A stretch of 63,970 nt of DNA, the filler included, from an uncultured bacterium (GTDB lineage Bacteria > CAZSTA01): NCBI GenBank assembly GCA_964609495.1. It is 4 parts of 4 records of this genome, joined end to end, with 100 filler letters (N's around TTAATTAATTAA, not from the genome) between each part and the next. Parts side by side here need not be neighbours in the genome. Positions count along the whole stretch, not along the records: positions 48,737 to 63,970 come from CAZSTA010000077.1; 3 more parts are not named here. One strand, written 5' to 3'. Each line of letters begins with the position of its first letter. The first letter of the stretch is position 1. Shown piece after piece: positions 59,239-63,970 of this stretch. The notes below the pieces were generated by a model, which was not told the origin of the DNA, ran no database searches, and saw nothing but the letters and a program-made list of their open reading frames with translations. Both the position numbers and the translations under genes were made by a program.

Positions 59239-60216
59239 ATGAAGGGGGAGACAATAAAGGAAACTTTTGCAGGCAATAAAACTCAAGGTAAAAAAGTTTC
59301 CTTTAAACCGAACTTAGAGGTTCTGCTAGGTGGAATAAGGATGAAGAATCCAGTTATGGTCGCCTCGGGGACTTTCGGGTATGGGGAGGAGTACTCCTCC
59401 TACGTTGACCTGAATAGATTAGGAGCTATCGTAGTAAAGGGAACTACCTTGAAGCCTCGGGAGGGGAATCCTCCTCCTCGGATAGTGGAGACTCCAGCAG
59501 GTATCCTTAACGCCATCGGATTGCAGAACGTAGGAATAGAAGTATTCCTCAAGGAGAAGATGAGTTATCTACGTCAATTTGATACTGCTATCATCGTCAA
59601 TATCGCTGGAGAGAGGATCGAGGAATATATCAAATTAGCTGAGATACTCGATGAGGTAGAAGGGATCGCTGGGCTAGAGCTTAATATCTCTTGTCCAAAT
59701 GTCAAAAAAGGGGGATCGGCGTTTGGAGCTAACCCTGAAGTAACTTATGAGGTGGTAAGTAGGGTCAGAAGAGTTACCCATCTTCCCCTTATCGTTAAGC
59801 TTTCTCCCAATGTAGGGGATATAGCATCTATCGCTCACAGGGCCGAGGAGGCAGGGGCTGATGTCCTATCACTTATCAATACCTTATTAGGAATGGCAAT
59901 AGATATAGAGGCTCGCAGACCGATATTAGCTAACATCACTGGAGGATTATCAGGACCAGCTATTAAACCCATCGCCTTGCGAATGGTATGGCAGGTAGCT
60001 AAGGCAGTGAAGATCCCCGTCGTAGGAATGGGAGGAATCACAACTGTCGAGGATGCCTTGGAATTTATCATCGCTGGAGCCAGAGCGGTAGCTATAGGCA
60101 CCGCTAATTTCATCGAGCCTCGAACCTGCATAAATATAATTGAGGGCTTGGAGAAATATCTGAAGGAGAATAATATAGCTGATATAAGGGAATTGATAGG
60201 TAGTTTAAGGGTATGA
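59239..60216 (+). CDS. pyrD: Dihydroorotate dehydrogenase (family 1B); alternative in-frame start at 59173
   Basis: [31 protein letters not shown] and [10 protein letters not shown]. Confidence 0.95.
   Translation: MKGETIKETFAGNKTQGKKVSFKPNLEVLLGGIRMKNPVMVASGTFGYGEEYSSYVDLNRLGAIVVKGTTLKPREGNPPPRIVETPAGILNAIGLQNVGIEVFLKEKMSYLRQFDTAIIVNIAGERIEEYIKLAEILDEVEGIAGLELNISCPNVKKGGSAFGANPEVTYEVVSRVRRVTHLPLIVKLSPNVGDIASIAHRAEEAGADVLSLINTLLGMAIDIEARRPILANITGGLSGPAIKPIALRMVWQVAKAVKIPVVGMGGITTVEDALEFIIAGARAVAIGTANFIEPRTCINIIEGLEKYLKENNIADIRELIGSLRV
59255..59305 (+). repeat. Family A repeat, in-frame at the pyrD N-terminus
   Basis: TAAAGGAAACTTTTGCAGGCAATAAAACTCAAGGTAAAAAAGTTTCCTTTA, encoding [16 protein letters not shown]. 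Confidence 0.92.
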
Positions 60217-60220
60217 TAGA

Positions 60221-60297
60221 TTTAAGATATCTTTAAGCAAAATGTAATCTCATCTTAATCTAATGTTAATTTAATCTTAATATTACTGGTGTATAAT
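60221..60297 (+). promoter_or_regulatory. Pho-box-like array plus -10 element upstream of pstS
   Basis: Six 11-bp-phased units with an (n)TTAA core (one TGTAA), then TATAAT at 60292. Confidence 0.7.
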
Positions 60298-60362
60298 AGG
60301 TGTAGAGCATCAAGGAGAAGTTAAATTTATCAAAGAGTCAAAACAAAAGGAGGAATTTCAAG

Positions 60363-61229
60363 TTGTTAAAAAAGTTTTTAGTAGCATCTGTGTTAGTCGT
60401 AAGTCTTCTGATCGGAACTCTGGTATCCGCTGAGGAACCTGTAACCTCCGGTTACATCCAGGTTAAGGGTTCGGATACTATGGTTAATCTAGGACAGGCT
60501 TGGGCTGAGGGATTTATGGAGAAATATCCCGAGGCTATGATAGCAGTTACTGGGGGTGGCTCTGGGACTGGTATCGCCGCTATGATTAATGGAACTACCG
60601 ATATAGCTGAATGCTCTCGAGAGATGAAGGAAAAAGAGATTGAGCAAGCTAAAGCCAACAAGATTGAGCCTATAGAGTTTGTAGTAGCTTTAGATGGGAT
60701 AGCGATAGTTGTTCATCCCTCCAATCCTGTAAGCGATTTAACCTTCCAGCAATTATCCGAGATCTTCACCGGTAAGATAAAGAATTGGAAGGAAGTCGGC
60801 GGAAATGATGAGGCGATCGTGCTTCTCTCTAGGGAGTCTAATTCTGGAACCCATGTTTACTTCAAGGAACATATATTGAACTGCTGTGGTCTTGAGGGTC
60901 AAGAGTTTTCTCCCGAGGCTTTGTTGATGCCCTCCTCTCAATCGATCGCCGATGAGGTAGCTCAGAATCCCAAAACTATCGGTTACTATGGAATGGGTTA
61001 CATCAGTGAAAAGCAGAAAGCGATGGTAGTTGCTAAGGATGAAAATTCTCCTTATGTAGAGCCTACTATAGATAACGTTATCTCTGGCGATTATCCCGTT
61101 TCCCGTCCTCTTTACTTCTACACCGCGGGAGAGCCTAAAGGATTAGTAAAGACCTATGTCGATTTCGTTCTTTCTGATGAGGGACAGGATATAGTTCTCC
61201 AGCTCGATTTTGTGCCGATTAAGAAGTAA
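60363..61229 (+). CDS. pstS: Phosphate ABC transporter substrate-binding protein
   Basis: KGSDTM, GGGSGTG, RESNSGT and YPVSRPL. Confidence 0.95.
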   Translation: MLKKFLVASVLVVSLLIGTLVSAEEPVTSGYIQVKGSDTMVNLGQAWAEGFMEKYPEAMIAVTGGGSGTGIAAMINGTTDIAECSREMKEKEIEQAKANKIEPIEFVVALDGIAIVVHPSNPVSDLTFQQLSEIFTGKIKNWKEVGGNDEAIVLLSRESNSGTHVYFKEHILNCCGLEGQEFSPEALLMPSSQSIADEVAQNPKTIGYYGMGYISEKQKAMVVAKDENSPYVEPTIDNVISGDYPVSRPLYFYTAGEPKGLVKTYVDFVLSDEGQDIVLQLDFVPIKK

Positions 61230-61263
61230 GAAGTAATCGACTTTCTTCAGATAGAAGTGAATC

Positions 61264-61290
61264 TTGGAGGTAAGCGCAGCTCACCTCCAA
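61264..61290 (+). terminator. Stem-loop after pstS
   Basis: TTGGAGGT...ACCTCCAA. Confidence 0.5.
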
Positions 61291-61380
61291 CTTTCCGATT
61301 CGTATAAGAGTATATCTAAAAGATATATAACTGCAAGCTCATTTACACTTCTATTCTCTAGGTGATTTAAGGAGTAAGCT

Positions 61381-62286
61381 ATGGAAAGAAAAAGCACCAA
61401 AAAGGAAACTCCGCTTAGTCTCGGTGATTTTATCGTCGAGAAGATCGTCTTTATAAGTGGTATAACCTCTATTATCATCGTTATCGCCATCTTCTTCTTT
61501 TTATTTAAGGAAAGCTATCCCACCTTTAGAGGTTATAACATAATAAAGGATGTGATATTAGGGAAATATTGGTATCCGCTCTCAGAAAGATTTGGCATAC
61601 TCCCCTTGATCCTAGGATCTATCTGGGTTACTTTAGGAGCTATTATCATAGCAGTTCCCTTGGGGATAAGTTGTGCGATATTCATATCTAAGGTAGCCCC
61701 TCCCCTTTTGCGTGAGATCTTAAAGCCTACTTTAGAGCTTCTAGCGAGTATTCCCTCAGTTCTACTAGGGTTTATCGGCATAGTTATTCTATCCCCCTGG
61801 ATCAGAGAGATATTCGATCTCAATACTGGCTTAACTGGTCTCACTGGCTCTATTATGCTTGCCTTTATGTCATTGCCTATCATCGTCTCTATCTCGGAGG
61901 ATGCGATAACTGCTGTTCCTCAAACTTATATAGAGGGTTCTCTAGCGTTAGGGGCTAGCTGGTGGGAAACGATTATAAAGGTCATTGTTCCTAGCGCAAT
62001 GCCGGGGATAATAGCCGCAGTGATGTTGGGCTTAGGTAGAGCTATAGGAGAGACTATGACTGTTATGATGGTGACTGGAAATGCCGCTGTTATTCCTAAA
62101 ACTATTCTGCAACCTATGCGCACGATGACTGCCACTATCGCGGCTGAGATGGGAGAGACCGTTCAATATAGCGATCACTTCCATGCCCTATTCACCATAG
62201 GAGTGGTGCTCTTTATAATGACTGCTATAATTAATCTAATCGCTGATTTCGTCCTACATAAATACGGAACTAGAGGAAAGGAATAG
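61381..62286 (+). CDS. pstC: Phosphate ABC transporter permease
   Basis: ELLASIPSV and GRAIGETM. Confidence 0.93.
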   Translation: MERKSTKKETPLSLGDFIVEKIVFISGITSIIIVIAIFFFLFKESYPTFRGYNIIKDVILGKYWYPLSERFGILPLILGSIWVTLGAIIIAVPLGISCAIFISKVAPPLLREILKPTLELLASIPSVLLGFIGIVILSPWIREIFDLNTGLTGLTGSIMLAFMSLPIIVSISEDAITAVPQTYIEGSLALGASWWETIIKVIVPSAMPGIIAAVMLGLGRAIGETMTVMMVTGNAAVIPKTILQPMRTMTATIAAEMGETVQYSDHFHALFTIGVVLFIMTAIINLIADFVLHKYGTRGKE

Positions 62287-62297
62287 GAGGTATAAGA

Positions 62298-63143
62298 ATG
62301 AATAAAAGAGTGACCCAGACTGTAGCCTTTGTTATAATGGGCTTGGCTACCGCCATAATAGTAATCCCTTTGCTGGCGATCATTGGCTTTATAATATATA
62401 GAGGATATAGCGCCATATCATGGGAGTTTCTCACAGCTATGCCTCGAAAAGCGATGAAGGCCGGGGGAATCTTTCCAGCCATCGTAGGCACTTTCTATCT
62501 CATAGTTGGCACTATAGCGGTTTCCTTCCCTCTGGGAGTCCTATCTGCGATATACCTAACTGAATATGCTAAGCAAGGTCGCTTAATCAGATTGATCAGA
62601 TTAGCGATAGTCAACCTAGCTGGTATTCCCTCGGTAGTCTATGGTCTATTTGGACTGGGAGTATTTGTTCTATTATTTAAATTTGGGGCTTCCATATTAT
62701 CAGGTTCTCTAACCCTAGCCATTCTGATCTTACCTCTGATAATTACCACCTCGGAGGAGGCTCTAAGATCGGTCCCCCAGTCGTTCCGAGATGGAAGCCT
62801 TGCTCTAGGGGCTACTAAATGGCAGACAATTCGCAATTGTGTCCTACCTTATGCTTGGCCTGGAATTATAACTGGCTCTATTCTAGGAGTGGGAAGAGCC
62901 GCAGGAGAAACTGCCCCGATACTATTCACTGCCGCCGCCTTCTTCCTCCCTAGACTTCCCAAATCTATTTTCGATCAAGTTATGGCTCTGCCCTATCACC
63001 TCTACGTTATCTCCACTCAGATCCCCAAGATGCCCTTCGAGATACAATACGGAACCGCCTTAGTCCTACTAGCCCTCGTCTTGGGACTGAGTCTCATAGC
63101 GATCATTATTAGGGTGAGATTCAGAAAAGCTAAGAAGTGGTAG
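62298..63143 (+). CDS. pstA: Phosphate ABC transporter permease
   Basis: YLTEYA, LAGIPSVVYGLFG and GRAAGETAP. Confidence 0.93.
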   Translation: MNKRVTQTVAFVIMGLATAIIVIPLLAIIGFIIYRGYSAISWEFLTAMPRKAMKAGGIFPAIVGTFYLIVGTIAVSFPLGVLSAIYLTEYAKQGRLIRLIRLAIVNLAGIPSVVYGLFGLGVFVLLFKFGASILSGSLTLAILILPLIITTSEEALRSVPQSFRDGSLALGATKWQTIRNCVLPYAWPGIITGSILGVGRAAGETAPILFTAAAFFLPRLPKSIFDQVMALPYHLYVISTQIPKMPFEIQYGTALVLLALVLGLSLIAIIIRVRFRKAKKW

Positions 63144-63239
63144 CGGATTAGAAATTGGAAGATGCTTTGATCTTGACAAACTCGCCATCTTATGATTAAA
63201 TATAGATGGAGAAGTTTTGATAATAAGGAGTAGAAGATC

Positions 63240-63970
63240 GTGGGGAAAGATATAATCTCTATAGAAGGCTTGAACTTCTATTATGATGGCTTCCAAGCTC
63301 TAAAGGATATAAGTATAAATATGGAGGAAAAACGAGTTACCGCCTTAATTGGGCCTTCAGGGTGTGGAAAATCGACCTTTTTGCGGGTTCTGAACCGAAT
63401 GAACGATACCATCGCTGGGGCTCGAATGGAGGGCAAGGTCATCTTTGATGGCGAGGATATCTATAACGGAGATATAGATGTCGTTCATTTAAGAAAGAGG
63501 ATAGGGATGGTATTTCAGAAGCCCAATCCCTTTCCCAAATCGATCTATGATAATATAGCTTATGGCCCTAGAATTCACGGGATAAGGGGTAGAAGAAGAT
63601 TGGATGAGATCGTGGAGAGGAGTCTGGTAAGAGCGGCTTTATGGGATGAGGTTAAGGATGACCTCAAAAAATCGGCTTTAGAGCTATCCGGGGGACAACA
63701 GCAGAGAATATGTATAGCTAGAGCATTAGCGGTGGAGCCAGAGATATTATTGTTGGATGAACCTTCTTCTGCTCTTGACCCCATAGCTACTATGAAGATA
63801 GAGGATCTTATCCATGAATTGAAGAGTAATTTGACTATAATTATCGTTACCCATAATATGCAGCAGGCGGCTAGGGTTTCAGATTACACCGCCTTCTTCT
63901 ACTTAGGGATGTTGATAGAGTTTGGCTCTAAGAGACATATCTTCACTAATCCCAGGGATAAGCGGACTGA
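63240..63970 (+). CDS. pstB: Phosphate ABC transporter ATP-binding protein, runs off the window; absent from the ORF track
   Basis: GTG start; [40 protein letters not shown] and [12 protein letters not shown]. Confidence 0.95.
   Translation, partial: MGKDIISIEGLNFYYDGFQALKDISINMEEKRVTALIGPSGCGKSTFLRVLNRMNDTIAGARMEGKVIFDGEDIYNGDIDVVHLRKRIGMVFQKPNPFPKSIYDNIAYGPRIHGIRGRRRLDEIVERSLVRAALWDEVKDDLKKSALELSGGQQQRICIARALAVEPEILLLDEPSSALDPIATMKIEDLIHELKSNLTIIIVTHNMQQAARVSDYTAFFYLGMLIEFGSKRHIFTNPRDKRT

Overview
About 64 kb of bacterial sequence, probably a draft or metagenome-assembled genome. It is not one continuous locus: four contigs (1-16292, 16393-32555, 32656-48636, 48737-63970) are joined by artificial 100-nt N44-TTAATTAATTAA-N44 linkers. 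Contig 1 has a sugar ABC transporter, a GC-richer kinase/oxidoreductase pair, a TPM coiled-coil/PLP enzyme/ATP-grasp trio, an NYN protein and a TPR-clostripain pair. Contig 2 has a GDSL lipoprotein, a DUF58/BatA/vWA cluster interrupted by plsY, and LapB-like, ApbE, NatAB-like and phosphodiesterase genes. Contig 3 is a minus-strand chemosensory operon (cheW-cheW-cheY-cheA-cheC-cheR-cheD-cheB, only a 25-codon MCP-like remnant) followed by a TPR/DUF4388/roadblock/MglB/MglA/DnaA-like ATPase module. Contig 4 has flavoproteins, two tandem beta-helix lipoproteins, the pyr operon with an IscB/omegaRNA element, and pstSCAB. Main observations: (1) a ~50-bp palindromic repeat with 8 copies, four of them in-frame inside unrelated proteins and adding the same ..NKTQG.KV.. 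peptide; (2) an IscB element inserted exactly into the ATGA stop/start overlap of pyrK-pyrD, whose ends supply a new stop and a new in-frame ATGA coupling, plus a 47-bp solo-hairpin footprint of the same family; (3) an MglAB module with a DnaA-like ATPase lacking its DNA-binding domain, next to a Che operon without an intact receptor; (4) two further MITE families. All calls come from reading motifs by eye; no database searches were run.
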